NCBI GenBank assembly: GCA_026770705.1
Contig: JANJGN010000152.1
Location: 62,001 to 126,000 of the forward strand
Direction: 5' to 3'
Source: Isurus oxyrinchus
Lineage: Eukaryota
Length of the DNA: 64,000 nt
Under the pieces are notes generated by a model. That model was not told the origin of the DNA. It saw nothing but the letters and a program-made list of their open reading frames with translations, and did not search any database. Positions 27,370 through 40,946 of the stretch are shown one piece after another. How positions within the stretch are numbered: position 1 is the first letter of the stretch; the number at the start of each line of letters is the position of its first letter. A program made the translations under genes and the position numbers.

Positions 27370-28030
27370 TACGAACACACGAGCATATGAAGAAGGAGCA
27401 TGAGTAGGCCATTCAGCCCCTTGAGCTTGCTCCACCATTTAACAATATCATGGCTGATCTGATAGTAACATGAAATCTGCATCCTGTCGACCCCCGATAA
27501 CTTATCACCCCCTTGCTTAGCAAGAATCTATCCACCTCTGCCTCAAGGCTCTGCTTCCACTGCCTTTTTATGGAGCGAGTCCCAAAGGCTCACAACCCTG
27601 AGAGTAAAAATATTCGCCTCATCTCTGTTTTACATGGCCGACACCTTATTTTTAAACAGTGACCCCTAGTTCCAGATTCTCCCATAAGAGGAAACACCCT
27701 CTCCACATCCACCCTGTCAAGACCCCTCAGGATCTTATATATTTCAGTCAAGTCACCTCTTACTCTTCTAAACTCCAGAAGATATAAGCCTAGTCTCTCC
27801 AACCATTCCTCATTAGGCAACCCACCCATTCCAAGTGCTAATCTAATTAACCTTCTCTGAACCTCTTGCAACACATTTACATCCTTCCTTAAATAAGGTG
27901 ACCAATACAGTGCACAGTACATGAAACATGATCTCACTGGTGCCCGGTATAACTGAAACATAACTTCCATATGTTTGTATTCAATTCCCCTCGCAATAAC
28001 TTATAACATTCTATTAGTTTTCCCAATTAC
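27370..28030 (-). mobile_element. CR1 LINE 3' fragment
   Basis: ORF 27590..27970: LYRAPVR..VQRRLIRL..LEFRRVRGDLTEIYKILRG. Confidence 0.85.
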
Positions 28031-28299
28031 TTACCATTTCTCATTTTATCTTTCTTTCAGCATTGTATCTGTGTATATAATGCTATCTGCAGCTTAACTT
28101 ATTAATGCACTGGACCATGCCTCGATATACACTACAATTGACTTTTCTCAGTTATTACTGCACTAGACTATGTCTCTATCTCTATTACATTATATGATGC
28201 TTCGTTTATTAATGCACATAACCGCGCCTCTATATATACTGCAAATGACAATTCCTGAGCTGTTGTTGCATTGCACAAAGTCTCCGTTTGTATTTTATT

Positions 28300-29462
28300 A
28301 GGATTTATCTGACAACCAAATTGTGGGAAAAGTTATAGCTCATGGAATAAAAGGGACAGAGGAAATGTGGATACAAAATAAGCTGAAAAAAAGGAAGCAG
28401 GGAGTAATGGTCAATGAATGTCTTTCGGGCTGGAGGAAGGTTTGTAGTGCAGTTCCCCAGGGGTCGGTATTGGGACCCTTGCTTTTCCTGATATATATTA
28501 ACCATCTAGGCCTTGGTATGCAGGGGACAATTTGAAAGTTTGCGGATGATATGAAGCTTGGGAGTGTTGCAAACTGCCAGGGGAATTGTGTGGAACTTCA
28601 AGAGGACACAGATAAGTTGGTGGAGTTGGCAGATAGGTGGCAGATGAAATTCAATGTGGAGAAGTGTGACGTGATGCATTTTGGTAAGAGGAACATGGAC
28701 AGGCAAAATAAATAAGGGGTGGAGTTTTGAAAGGAGTGCAGGAGCAGATAGACTTGCAGTAGATATGCATAGATCATTGAAAGTGGCAGGACAGGTGGAG
28801 AGAGCAGTTAATAAAGCATATAGTATCCTGCGCTCTATTAATAGGGGCATAGAGTACACGAGCAGGGAGGTTATGCTCAATTTATATAAGGCCCTCGTTA
28901 GACCTCAGCTGGAATACTGTGTACCGCCCTTTGTACCATATTATAGGAAGGATGGAAATATATTGGAGAGAGTGCTGAAGAGGTTTAATTGAATGTTCCC
29001 AGGAATGAGAAACTTCAGTTATGAAGGGAGACTGGAGAAGTTGGGATTGTGTTCCTTGGAGAGGAGAAGGCTGAGAGGAGATTTGATTGAAGTTTTCAAA
29101 ATCATGAGTGGGCTGGATAGAGTAGAAACTGTTCCCATTCGTAGAAGGATAAAGAACGAGAGGGCACAGGTTTAAAGTGATTTGCAAAAGAAACAAATGT
29201 GACATGAGAAATTACTTTTTCACACAACGAGTGGTTTGGCCTGGAATACACTGCCTGGAAGTGTGAGGAAGGCAGGTTCAACTGAGTCATTCAAGAGGCA
29301 ATTAAATGATTATTTGAATAGAAACAAAGTGCTAGGGTGCGGGGAAAAGCCAGGGCAATGGCACTAGGTCAGAATGCCCATTTGGAGAGCCGATGCAGAC
29401 AAGTTGGGCCGAATAGCCTCCTTCTGTACTGTTAAAGTTCTGTGATTCTATGATTCTGTGAT
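28300..29462 (+). mobile_element. CR1 LINE RT 3' portion
   Basis: VPQGSVLGPLLFLIYIN, FADD codons, LYKALVRPQLEYC, RRRLRGDLIEVFKIM and a (TTCTGTGA)n tail. Confidence 0.92.
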
Positions 29463-30093
29463 ATTACTGTTTTAGGCTGCTTCATTCATCACTATACTCT
29501 TCTATGTCTCACCTTATATTATAAAGCTCCAATCCCATTTATTAATACACGAGACCAAGTCTCAGTTATTACTGCACAATAAAAGGTCTCTACTAACTGG
29601 ATAGAGTTGGAGAGAGAGCCAGGTGGACAGGTGGGTATTAATTTTTAAAATGTTATAATATCCTGTAGGTAATAATGTGTTGGAAGAATGCATTTAGTCT
29701 TGTTAATAACAATTAGGCGTTGTATGCAATTTCTAATTGCTCTAGTGTGATGTGTGTAATGTTTGTGTTGAAAGTTTGGGGTGAATCTTGTAACATTCCC
29801 TTCATCAATGAGATTGAGGATTAGAAACAAAGATGAACCACATTGCACTGCACATTGCACAACTTAGTCACAAACTGCATTGTGTTGGAGATGACTGATT
29901 CATACTTGACTTTATCTATGACAATTGCTCACAGGTTTCTTTAATTTCCAGATATTTTTCCCTCTTTCAACAGGAATTTCTGTTCACTTTTGGCGTGGTC
30001 ACTGATTGTGACAGACAGGGTCTGAAGCCGCATCCTCAGGCGAATGGGCGGCCGCAGGCTCCTAATAACCAATGTTCCTTTGTGTGAAAGGTA

Positions 30094-30260
30094 TCTGTGT
30101 GTGTGTGTGCATATGTGTGTGTCTGTGTGTGTCTGCGTATGTGTGTGTGTGTGTGTGTGTGTTACTGTTTGTGTGTCTGCGTGGCTGAGTGTGTGCTTGT
30201 GCCTGTGCGTGTGTGTGGCTGTTTGGCTGTGTGTATGAATGTGTGCAGCTATATGTGTGG
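30094..30260. repeat. (TG)n-rich microsatellite
   Basis: Imperfect TG dinucleotide run. Confidence 0.9.
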
Positions 30261-33200
30261 TGCGGGTATGTCTAGAACATATCATGCTTCATTGCTTTCA
30301 AAAGACATTATAATTATTTTTCAACATGTTACGATAGTTTATTGAGAATATATCTATAGGCTGCCTATGCTGCCATTAATATTTATCGGTAATGCATTGT
30401 CTTGAGTGCTCCAGAAAGTAATGTCAAGCTGGCTATTCCATTGTCAAGGAAAATACATCTCTAAAATGACTCACTGAACTTCTTCCCTCTCTTCCTCTGT
30501 CTCAGACTATACCTAAATCAGTTAACCTCTCTTCTCTCTCTCAGACTTCACTTCACTCACTTACACAGACTCACAAGGGCTGGATCTGGCAGCTTCGAGG
30601 CACCAATGTTTAAATCTTTTGCTTAAGGCACATTATCACTGAAAGAAATTAAGCGCCAAAATCTCATCAGTGGAAAATTCAGTGCCATAAAGACACCAGC
30701 TCATTCACTTAACTTCTCTCCTCTCTTTCTCTCAGGCAGCACCAAGCCCTCTTAAAACTTTCCATTTTAGAATAACCCCCTGTGAGCGGTATTATAGTTT
30801 TAATTTCCCCTCTTTTCTCCCAGTGATAACATTCAGTCAATCTCGCCTTCAGTTAATATGTTATAACCAAAATAACTTCGTTTATTTAATTATTTAAATC
30901 TGGAATGGAGTTGAATGTTATGTTGAGATTGGCAGCAATCTGTGTGGTTGTTCTTGATGCTGTCAGAGTGAGTTTAACCTCACAGGCAGGAAGACTGTCC
31001 ACGGTGATAACATGAAACTGACGCCTGCTGTTTCATTCTCAGGTAACACAACTTCCTGTTTCTCTGCTGCCGGTTCCAAACCGCACATCTCACTTCTGAG
31101 CAGAAAATAAATCCAGGGGCCACAATCTGGTGAGAACATCTGTCAAGGCGGCCTATTTCTGGCCACAGAGTCAGGGCAGAGTCACACAGATCACATTGCG
31201 GTGACATTTACAAATGAGACCGTGTGATCCGTTTCGAGCTTCCATTTCCAGGACATCGCTGGATGGTCAGTCACTGAGCTCCCTCGAGTCCCTGAAGTGG
31301 GGAAATGAGATCTTGATACCTTTCATTTGTCGTTGTTATGCTCCACCACCCGCTCCCACTCTAACTCCCCCTCCACACCCCACCAACCCCCCTCTCCCCC
31401 ACCCGCCACGCGCACACGCTCCCTACACATACACGTTCCCTCGAAACTTGTTTCCTCTGTTTCTCTGCAACATTCCGTCTCCCTTTTTCATTTTAAGTTT
31501 CCTTCCCTTAGTTTTATTTCTATCTCTTTCTCTGTGTATCTCTCTCCACCTCCCTGTGTGTCGATTAATTAAAAGCGTTCAAAATCATGAAAGGTTTGTT
31601 AGTGTGAATGAAGAGAGACTAGTTCAATTGGCAGGAGGGTCGGTAACCAGGGGACGCAAATTTACTTTGTTGAACAGGAAGACAGGAGGATAATTGTTTA
31701 TTTTTTTAACACGGCGAGTTGTTCTGAACTGGAATGCACAGCTTGGAAGGGTGATGGCACCAGACTAATAATAACTTTGTAAAATGAATTCTATAAATAA
31801 TTAAAGGCGTTAACAATTGAAGGATTACAGGGAATGGGGCCAATTGAAATGCTCATCTATATCACTGTCCCAGCACCTTTCCTGTATCTGCCTCGGTCCC
31901 TCATTGAGCCCAATAAAATGCAGTAATTTTACAGCTTTCGTCTTCTGCTAACCCTGTCTTTTGACAGCGCTTGAGTGCGTGTGAGTCGATAATTGCCAAG
32001 AATCATTCAGAAGTTCACTACTATTTACAAACCACTTCTTTGAACAAAATAATAACACCGAGTAGTGCTTGTTTAGTAGAAAGCACGATTATCTTTAACA
32101 TTTTAGGCTCTGATTCTTCCTCTGGTGAGGTTTTGGTGTTTAATCCTTTCAGTCATCATGTGCCTCACGCTGAAGATTTAAACATTGGCGTGTTTGGCCC
32201 TTGCGTGTCTGTTTAAATGGAGAACTGTTGGTAAGAATGAGAGGGAACAGATTATTTTCTGTTCCTCTGACAGATGCAGCATTGATCCTTCAGATATCAG
32301 AAATCTCTGGAGTCCGCCTTGATGGTCCTCCCCTTGGGTAGAACATCTTTTAGTCAGGTGGAGTCATTCGGACGGGCCTCTGTCATGATGTTTCCGCTCC
32401 GTTTTTACCACACAAATCCCTGGGTCACTAACCATAACACAGGGAGCCTGCGCTAAGGCCCTAAACATCATTGCTTCCTCACACTTTCACACCCTAATAC
32501 AGTCAGATGTTTATGAGATCCCCTGCCTCTCTTTATGTTAGATTACCAGCAGCCTTTGTTACTGACACACTGGAGCCGGCCTCTGTGATTATTATTGGAC
32601 CAGGCCCCAGTTTGGCCCAGGTTCAGCAGTCAGAATTCCCTTTGCAAATCCAAGGAGTCAGAGGTTCTTTGTTTTTTTTGGAGAGGGCGGGAAGGTCAAA
32701 GCAGCAACAATGTCCCAGGAACCCGTCCTTTGCTGGATAGAGGAACTGTCCAGAGTTTCTCTGTCTTTAATTCCTCCTCCTGAGTGTAAGGAAATAATGG
32801 ATAAAAGAACTGAAAGGCTGACATATAAACTATCACTGTGAGCACTGGCCGTTATTAAGTGGTCAACTCTCCAGATTGAGTCTTCAACCCACAACCGTTT
32901 GACCCATGGGTAAAAGTGATGCTAATTCGTCAATTCTGACATAATGTCGTTCCCAATGCATTAGTACAACGGCAACACATGACAGATGCTAGAAATCTAA
33001 AATAAAAACCGAAAGTGCTGGAAATCCTCAACAGGTCAGACAGCAAGTGTCGAGCCTGTTTGTTTTCCGGTTCGTCATATACTTTGCAGCCTTGGGGAAA
33101 GGGTGGAGAGGCGGGAGGATTTTGGAGGCTGATTAAAAACCGGCGTCTGTCACACGAACACTCTTCCCGTGGTCAATGGAACTGGGCGTGGAATCTGAAC

Positions 33201-33399
33201 ATAGATCTTACAGCTCAAAAGCAGGAGGACCGCCAACTGTACCACTCGAGAGTGCAGTGGCTGTGGAGAGAAGTGAAGTTAAAGTTTCTAATCGATGACT
33301 CCGGTTCTGCTGAAGGGTCATCGCCATGAAACGTTCAATCTGTTTATCGCCACAGATTCTGTTTGACCTGCAGAGTGATTCCAGAATGTTATGTTGCAT

Positions 33400-34470
33400 T
33401 TGCTATTACACTAGACTGTGTCAGTGTTATTGCACCAACTCCATCCCATTCATATTTCAGTCGTGCTTGACTCTGTTATTAGGCATTAGGCAAAAGATTT
33501 GCTATTGTATCAACTGGCGCTGTCTCATACAAACTATTATATCAGGCCCAACTTCGATTTGAGTGGATCAGGTGCTGACTGTATCATTATCACACTGGAT
33601 CCAGTGATGTATTAGTGATTCACTGCTATCCTCTGTTATCATCAAACATTGCACTAATTACATAGCTTTACCGCTTTTAATCTGTTCTCTATATTCAATC
33701 TCATTGTATAAAACGCTGTCTCTGTAATGGTTGCCCGAAGAGCCTACATGTCATTCAATTCGAATGCAAACCTCTCTCATTATTTCTGAAATCAGTTTTC
33801 AATAGTAACCTGATTCTGATAATTGTTAACGTTGACTCTGTTTCTGCTAGTGTTTCGCCATGACCTCTTTCAGTTGTTATTTTATACAAAGTATTTTTAT
33901 GATTATGATCACACAAATATCGGTTCATTCGGTGTTATACCAAGTCCTCCCTCTCTCTTATTCCTGAACTAGCCAATTTCTCTGTTTATTTGACTCCTTG
34001 GGTCAATTTGTGTTATCACCACACTAGCACATGCCTTTGCCTGTACTACACTAGGTATTGTGCCTGTAATTACTTACACTAGCCGATACCTATGTTTATA
34101 TTACACCAGGTCCTGTCTCTGATATTACTGCACGGGCCCATATCCCTGGTTATACAACACCAGGCTTTGTCTCTTTTATTACTTCATTAGCTGATATCTC
34201 CTTTTATATTAAACCAGATACTGTCTCTGTTATTAATGCAGTAGTCCATATCTCTGCTTATGTTACACCAGGTCCGGTGTCTGATATTACTGCATGAGCC
34301 CATATCCTTGGTTATATAACATCAGGTCTTGTCTCTGTTATTAATTCATTAGTCGATATCTTCTTTTACGTTAAACCAGATACTGCCTCTGTTATTAATG
34401 CAGTAACCCATATCTCTGCTTATGTTACATCAAGTTCGGTCTCTTTTTATACTCGACTAGGCCCTGGTTT
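33400..34470 (+). repeat. Diverged 27-bp satellite
   Basis: Monomers such as ACACCAGGTCCTGTCTCTGATATTACT; internal ~162-bp duplication (34105 vs 34267). Confidence 0.7.
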
Positions 34471-35106
34471 ATTTTCGTTAAGATTACATTGAATATGCAA
34501 CCTGCAGTCAAACTAATCTGTCCAAACATGATTCGAGTGGTTGTGGTGGAATTTGTGAAGAAAGCAGTTAAAAAAGTGGAAACAGAAATTCTGAGAGTCT
34601 CTGGAGAGCAGCTGGAGTTTCACTCCTTCCCATCAACAGGAAAAATAAACCGGAGAATTACAGGTGTATTAGTCTCATGTCAGGTGTAGGTAAAGTTTGA
34701 TTTTTGCCATCACTTGCACAAATCATCACACATTCGAGATTATCAGGAGCTTCTGAGAGATATTGAGGTGATCATTTGTTAATAAACTGCTGGTTCTTCT
34801 GGATGTGATTTACTCCGTTTTCCAACTGATCAGCGGAGACAGATAAAGCACCTTAGAAATGAAATTGTTAGTCTGAGATCACTTTATAAACAAATGCACA
34901 CAGCAGACTGGTTATCACTAAATACTTACAGTATTAAACAATCTACATTTTAACTAAATGCATAGTTTTGGATTTGAACACAATCACTGAAGACAGGAGT
35001 CGACTGAAAGTTGTCACTGGGAGAAATGAAGAGAAATTGTGAAAAAAAATTCTCCAAAGAGTGTTATTAGATATCAGGAGATTCAGAATGAATAAGGGAC
35101 TGTCTC

Positions 35107-35220
35107 AGAGAGAGAGAGAGAGAGAGAGCGGGGGTGTGGGGGGCGGGAGTTAGATGGTGGGTGGAGAGAGAGCGTGAGAGAGAGAGAAAGAAAAGTTGAG
35201 CGAGAGAGAGAGAGAAGAGG
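35107..35220. repeat. (GA)n-rich microsatellite
   Basis: GA runs. Confidence 0.85.
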
Positions 35221-35679
35221 TTCAGTGAGTTAGACGCTGCCTCGGACAGAGAAACAAAGGACATTCAATGAGTTAGGTGATAAACATGCTTGTCTTAGTG
35301 ATGAAAGTGTTAGTATGACATCACTTTCTAAGCAAAAGTAAACAACGAAACATGCTATCAATAAATATTTACAGCACTAAATAATCCGCAGTGACAGTTT
35401 GAGTAAAAGAAAATTAAATATTGAAACATTCGGGTAAAGATCATCATTTATCTTTGAGAAACGGCGGTATAAGCAAGAAGTATGATTTTTTTTCTATACG
35501 GCACACATAACTGACCATATCTGATCCATCATTTCTTTGAATAAAACTAAATGAAAATAACTATCAGGTGCTGCAAAGAACGGGCCATCCAATACCACCC
35601 GTTTTAGGCCAACGCCAGGGAACAATTCCCACCTCAACATCTTTGTGTATAATATTATCTCTCCAACTCACAGTTGCAG

Positions 35680-37330
35680 GAATCACAGAGACATGGCCAA
35701 GCGCAGAAATAACCGAGGCAGGGTTAGCGCACTAACACTGGGTCAATTGATATTAATCCTCTCTCGGGGCTAGAACAGTAATGATTGATTCAGCACATGG
35801 ATTAATAACACCCTAGACAGGGTCTGGTGCTATAATAACTCAGATTGCCTATAGTATAAGATAAACAAAAACATGATCTAGCGGAATAAAAACAGGGACA
35901 GGGAAAGTGTAATAAAAAGAGATGTCTGGATTAATGCAGCAACTACTAAGACAGGGTTTAGCGTTGTATATACAGACGCTGGGCCCAGAGAAGTAATAAC
36001 TGAGACTTTTCTGCTTGCAATACAAACAGAGCCACAGCTGAATTCAGGAGCAGCTGAGGCGAGGCCGAGCACTGAAATAACTGAGGCAGGAACTGGTGTA
36101 ATATTATCATGGACATACTCTATTTCAATATAAACAAAGTCAGGGTCTGGGGCAGTAATGCTGAGACAGGGCTGAGTGCACCAATTATTGATACAGCATC
36201 CACGGTAATACAAACGAAGGCTGGGCCTAGCATCAGCAATTATTGAGCCAGCATCTAGTGCAGTGATAACAGACTTGGCCTTGTGTAGTATAAACAGAGA
36301 CATGGCCTACACAGAAATAACATTGACAGGACCTATTTTAATATAAACAGAGGAAATGTCTAGTGTAATATTAACTGAGACAGGGTCTAGTGTAATATAA
36401 ACTGAGAGAGGGTCTATTGTAATGTAAACACAGATGTGTTCTGGTGTAATATAAACCGAGACGGGCTCCAGTATAATATTATCTGAGACGGGGTCTAATG
36501 TAATATAAACTGAGACAGGGTCGAGAGTTATATAAACTGAGATAGGGTCTAACAGAATATGAGCAAAAAGGTGATCTAGTGTAATATAAACAGAGGCATG
36601 ATGTAGTGGAGTAAAATGTGAGGCAGTGCCGAGTGCAGTAATAATTGAGACAGTGTCTTGTGTAATATGAACACCGACATGGTCTAGTTCAGTAATGACT
36701 GGGGCAGGATCTAGTGAAAGGAAATTGACACGGGGTCTGTTGCAGTTTCATCTGATATAGGACCTTGTCTAATATAAACTGAGGCAGCGCCTAGTGCAAT
36801 AACTACCAACATAGGACCTGGATTAATATAAACAGAGATGTGGGCAAGTTCAGCAATAAGAAAGAGGCACGGTATTATACAATAATAACAATGACAGGGC
36901 ATCGTGTGATATAAACAGAGACATAGACTGGTGCAGCGTTCGCCAAGACATCCCCTAGTTTAGTATAAACATGGCAAAGTCTAGTAGTGCAACAACTGAG
37001 ACAGAGCCTCGTGTCATGTAAACAGGAACATGTTCTGGTTTCATATAAGTAGAGACAAGTACCAGTGCAGTAACAACTGAGACATGGACTACTGTCATAT
37101 TAGCCAAGATATGGTTTAGTGCAGTGATAACTGAGAGAATGTATAGTGTAACATGGTCTTTGTCATGTATATTGACTGAGATTGACCTATTATAGAAACA
37201 ACTGAGACGCAACCTGTTGTAATATGATCAGAGACATCACTGAGTGTAATATATACAGTCAAATGTCAAGTTTAATATGAACAGGGAAAGGGTTCAGTGC
37301 AGAAATGATTGAGACAGTGCTTGTTTCATA
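35680..37330 (-). repeat. Diverged 27-bp satellite in inverted orientation
   Basis: CTAGTGTAATATAAACTGAGACAGGGT units. Confidence 0.85.
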
Positions 37331-37434
37331 TAATGTCAGTATTCACTGTTTCACTGCCATCTACTGGACGGACCCTACTATTGCAGATGTTGTGAAAATG
37401 TCGATTTTCGTTGCTGCTTCCGACATTAATGACA

Positions 37435-38690
37435 GAATCATAGAATTCTTACAGCGCAGGAGGATGCCATTCGGCCACTCCTGTCCGTGCTAACCCTCCG
37501 AAGGAGTAATTGACCTTGGGCCACAGCTTTCCCTGTAGTCCAGTATCTTTTTTTCTTTTCAGATAAGGATCCAGTTTCGTTTTGAAAGCATCAATTGTTC
37601 CTCAATCCACCACACTGTCAGGCAGTGCATTCCAGATCCTAACCACTCACTGCGTGAAATGTTTTTCCTCTTGTCTCTATTGCTTCTTCTCCAGATTACA
37701 TTAAATCTGAGCCGTCTGGTTCTCAATCCTTCCATCAGTGGGAACATTTTCTCCCTATCTACTCTGCCCCGGCCCTTCATGATTTTTAATATCTGTATCA
37801 AATCTCCTCTAAACTTTTTCTCCTCAAACGAGATTAAAGCCAACTGCTCCACTCTTCATACATAACCGGAGTTTGTCACCCTTGAAACAATTTCCATGAA
37901 TCTTTCCTTTGCCCTTTCTCATGCCTTCAAATTCTTCCAAAAATGTAGTGCCCGCAATTAGATGCAATTCTCCAGTTGAGGCCTAACCAGTGTGCCACAC
38001 ACGTTTAACATGACCTCTTTGCTTGTATACGCCTTTCCTCTGTTAATAAAGCTCAGGATGTTGCATGATTTATTAATCGCGCTCTTTCAACTTGTCCTGC
38101 CACCTTCAATGATTTATACACATTAACACCCAGGTCACTCGGCTCCTGCAGCCCCTTTGGAATCACACCCTTTCCTTTATACTGTCTGTCTGCGTTCTTC
38201 CCACCAAAATTTCATCTGTCACTTGTCCGCCCTTTCCACCAACCTCTCGATGTCTTTTTGAAGTTCTACACTATACTCCTCATGGCCCGCAATGCTTCCA
38301 CATTTCACATCGTCCATATATTTTGACATTGTGCTCTGTACACCAAGGCCCAGTTTATGAATAAATATGATGAAAAGTAGGCGTTGTAACACTGACCCTT
38401 GGGGAACTTCATTATAACCTTACCCTGAGTCCAAAAAACAAACGTTAAAAACTACTCTTTCTTTCCTGGCACTCAGCCAGTTCCCAATCCATGATGTTAC
38501 CATCCATTTTATTCCAGTGAGGTCCAATTTTGCTCACAGGTCTGTTGTGCGGCATTTTATCAAATGTCTTTTGGAAACCATGTAAACCACGTCAAAAGCA
38601 TTATCCTCATCAACCATCGCTGCTACGTCAACAAAAAACTCAAGCAAGTTAGTTAAATATGATTTTCCATTAACAGATCCATGCTGGCTT
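37435..38690 (-). mobile_element. CR1 LINE 3' portion
   Basis: ORF 37559..37852: FEEKKFRGDLIQILKIMKG; upstream remnants of VPQGSVL and DLGV motifs. Confidence 0.85.
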
Positions 38691-40039
38691 ATTGTATCAA
38701 GAAACCACTACTACTGATGTATCGGCTCATTACATCCTGAGCGAACTCCCAATGCTTATGGTGCAACTGTGGCAGATTAACGTGGCTGATTTGCGCACTT
38801 TAAGGTCACAAGAAGAGCAAAGTGTCTCAATTCCTATTGATTAATTCTTGATGATCTTGTTTCAACTGAAGAATGTGGACCAAGGCGCACATTGTGGGAA
38901 TGATGGGAGCTTTAATGACCAACTCAACCAGTGTGAAGAGGGGAGAGATTTTTTCTTCATGGAACCACCTGAAATGTGGTGGCGGTGATTTTCTCCGATT
39001 CTTCAGGTGCTACAGAGCCTCCGAGGGAGGAAAGATGGGATCTTAAACTGAAATATGTGTGTGTGTGAATGCACGCATCAGATTTACTGACAAGTGAAGT
39101 CCACCAAAACAAATAAATATTGTTACCTATTATGTTCAAGATTTTATTTTATTGAAAATGTATTTGCTGTTCTTTTAATGTTGTTAACATTGATTGAGAA
39201 GGCATTGAGCATTCCCTCACCAAGGAATACCTCTGTTCCTAGAATTCTGTTGGAAAATGGACTAAATTATTCCAAGGATGGTGAGCATATACCCACCAGT
39301 CTCTGCGTTTCAGTGTTACGTGCTTCGCTCAGCATTAAATAGAAGCTCCTGACGTAAATGTTGAGGGTGTGATAAGTTGTGCAAGTGACACTACCTGTAT
39401 CTGACCTAAATTTACTCAGTTTTAAAATCCAGATTTATTATTTCCCTTGCTTGGAAAGGAATGAAACACTTGCTGCTCTCCAGCAAGTTTTACACTATTC
39501 CTGTTATCACATTATTCCTTCTTACCCTGTTACATTCATCATTTCCGCCCCAATGTCTTCCAAACCCTCGGGTATGATTTAGTGAAATAATAGTTAAAAA
39601 ACGGCTTTATATAAAATAAAAGGCCCCATGCCCCAGAGCAATATAAGTGGGACAACTGGACAGAGACTGATCCATTATCAACGAAGGCATGATCTCCAAT
39701 GGGCATAAATTGCTGGGCTATGGGGAAACAGCATGGGTAGTGGAGTGGGTGGTGGGGAGTGGTGGGTGGGGGGGTGGGGGTGGGGGCGGGGAGACTGGGA
39801 GGCGGCTGCTGGATGGGTGGGGGGGGGGGGGGGCGGTGGTGGTGAGACTGCATGAGGTAAATTCGATAGTTTTTTTTAAATGCTGGTACAATCCTGAGGA
39901 GCTGAATGACCTCCTTCCCAGCCGGGGGCACGGGTTCATTCTAGAAGTCTATGAATAATTGGCTCAATGCAACACTTTTCATTTTGCATCTATAGTTCAT
40001 AAAAAGGAAAAGAGGAAAAAAGGATATATATATTATAGC

Positions 40040-40390
40040 ACTTTTCACGATCACCAAAAGTCTCTGAGTGTTTTACAACCAAAAATGCACTTATGATGTG
40101 TATTGACAGTTGTAATGTAGGAAACGCCGCAGCCTGTTTGAGCACAGCAAGTTCCCACAAACCGCAATATGATAATGACCAGGTAATCTGCGCCTTTGCA
40201 TATTTTAAAATGTTTATTGACTGATAAATGCTAAGGCACCGGGGATAACTCCCCTGCACTTCCAGGTGGAATAGTACCATGGAATCTTTCACATCTCCTG
40301 AGAGGGCAGATGGCTCCCAGTTTAATGTCAGAGGGGAAAGTGCTGCCAACTGAGCCACTGCTGACAACCAAAGTTCCTTGTGAATGAATA
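40040..40390 (-). mobile_element. Ancient SINE (Deu-domain-like); related copy ~13560-13830
   Basis: Block gcacagcaag(t/c)tcccac..a(c/g)..caa..gata and gccatgg(g)atctttcacatc..cctgagagggcaga shared between copies. Confidence 0.5.
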
Positions 40391-40946
40391 TGACATAAAA
40401 AAATAAATCCAGGCATCCAATGGCTCAACTTTATACATAAGTACATAGTTAAATCAGACTGAACCTGGCCCCAGCGGTACCAAAAACCCTATCATAGAGT
40501 TCCGCTGATAGGACAGGCACTGACTGTGGGTGTGATTTTGAACCTGACAACAGAACAGCTCCCTCACTGTGTGAGTTGTACTCTAAGATCCAACCAGTTT
40601 GTAGGTCAGCCAGAACTTCACAGTAATTCAAATGGACCAACTAGCTCATTTCCCTAAACAAAAGGATATTCATTGGGCCTTGAATCGTTTCAGAATTGGT
40701 GACCATTAATAGATTGTGAAACACCAATCGATTAGGTGTGGTGAAAGGGTTGAGGATTATTGATACAGCGAGAAACATCATTCAGTTGCAAGTCATCGAT
40801 TGTATGGGAAAGTTGAAGGTTTGGATGATGAATAGATCAAACCATTAATGGATTGAGGCACAGCTGATGTTTATTAAACACGATTATTGGCAAAAATACC
40901 AAGAAATATAAATTGTTTTGCAATATGGCAGCCTGGGAACACCTAT

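Noticed and set aside
29941-31693. His/Thr-, Val/Cys- and Pro-rich ORFs
   Set aside because: Translations of (TG)n and C-rich low-complexity DNA.
32270-32500. Acceptor-like site followed by coding-looking sequence, possible extra V or C remnant
   Set aside because: No Cys/Trp Ig motifs in register on either strand, several stops and no RSS.
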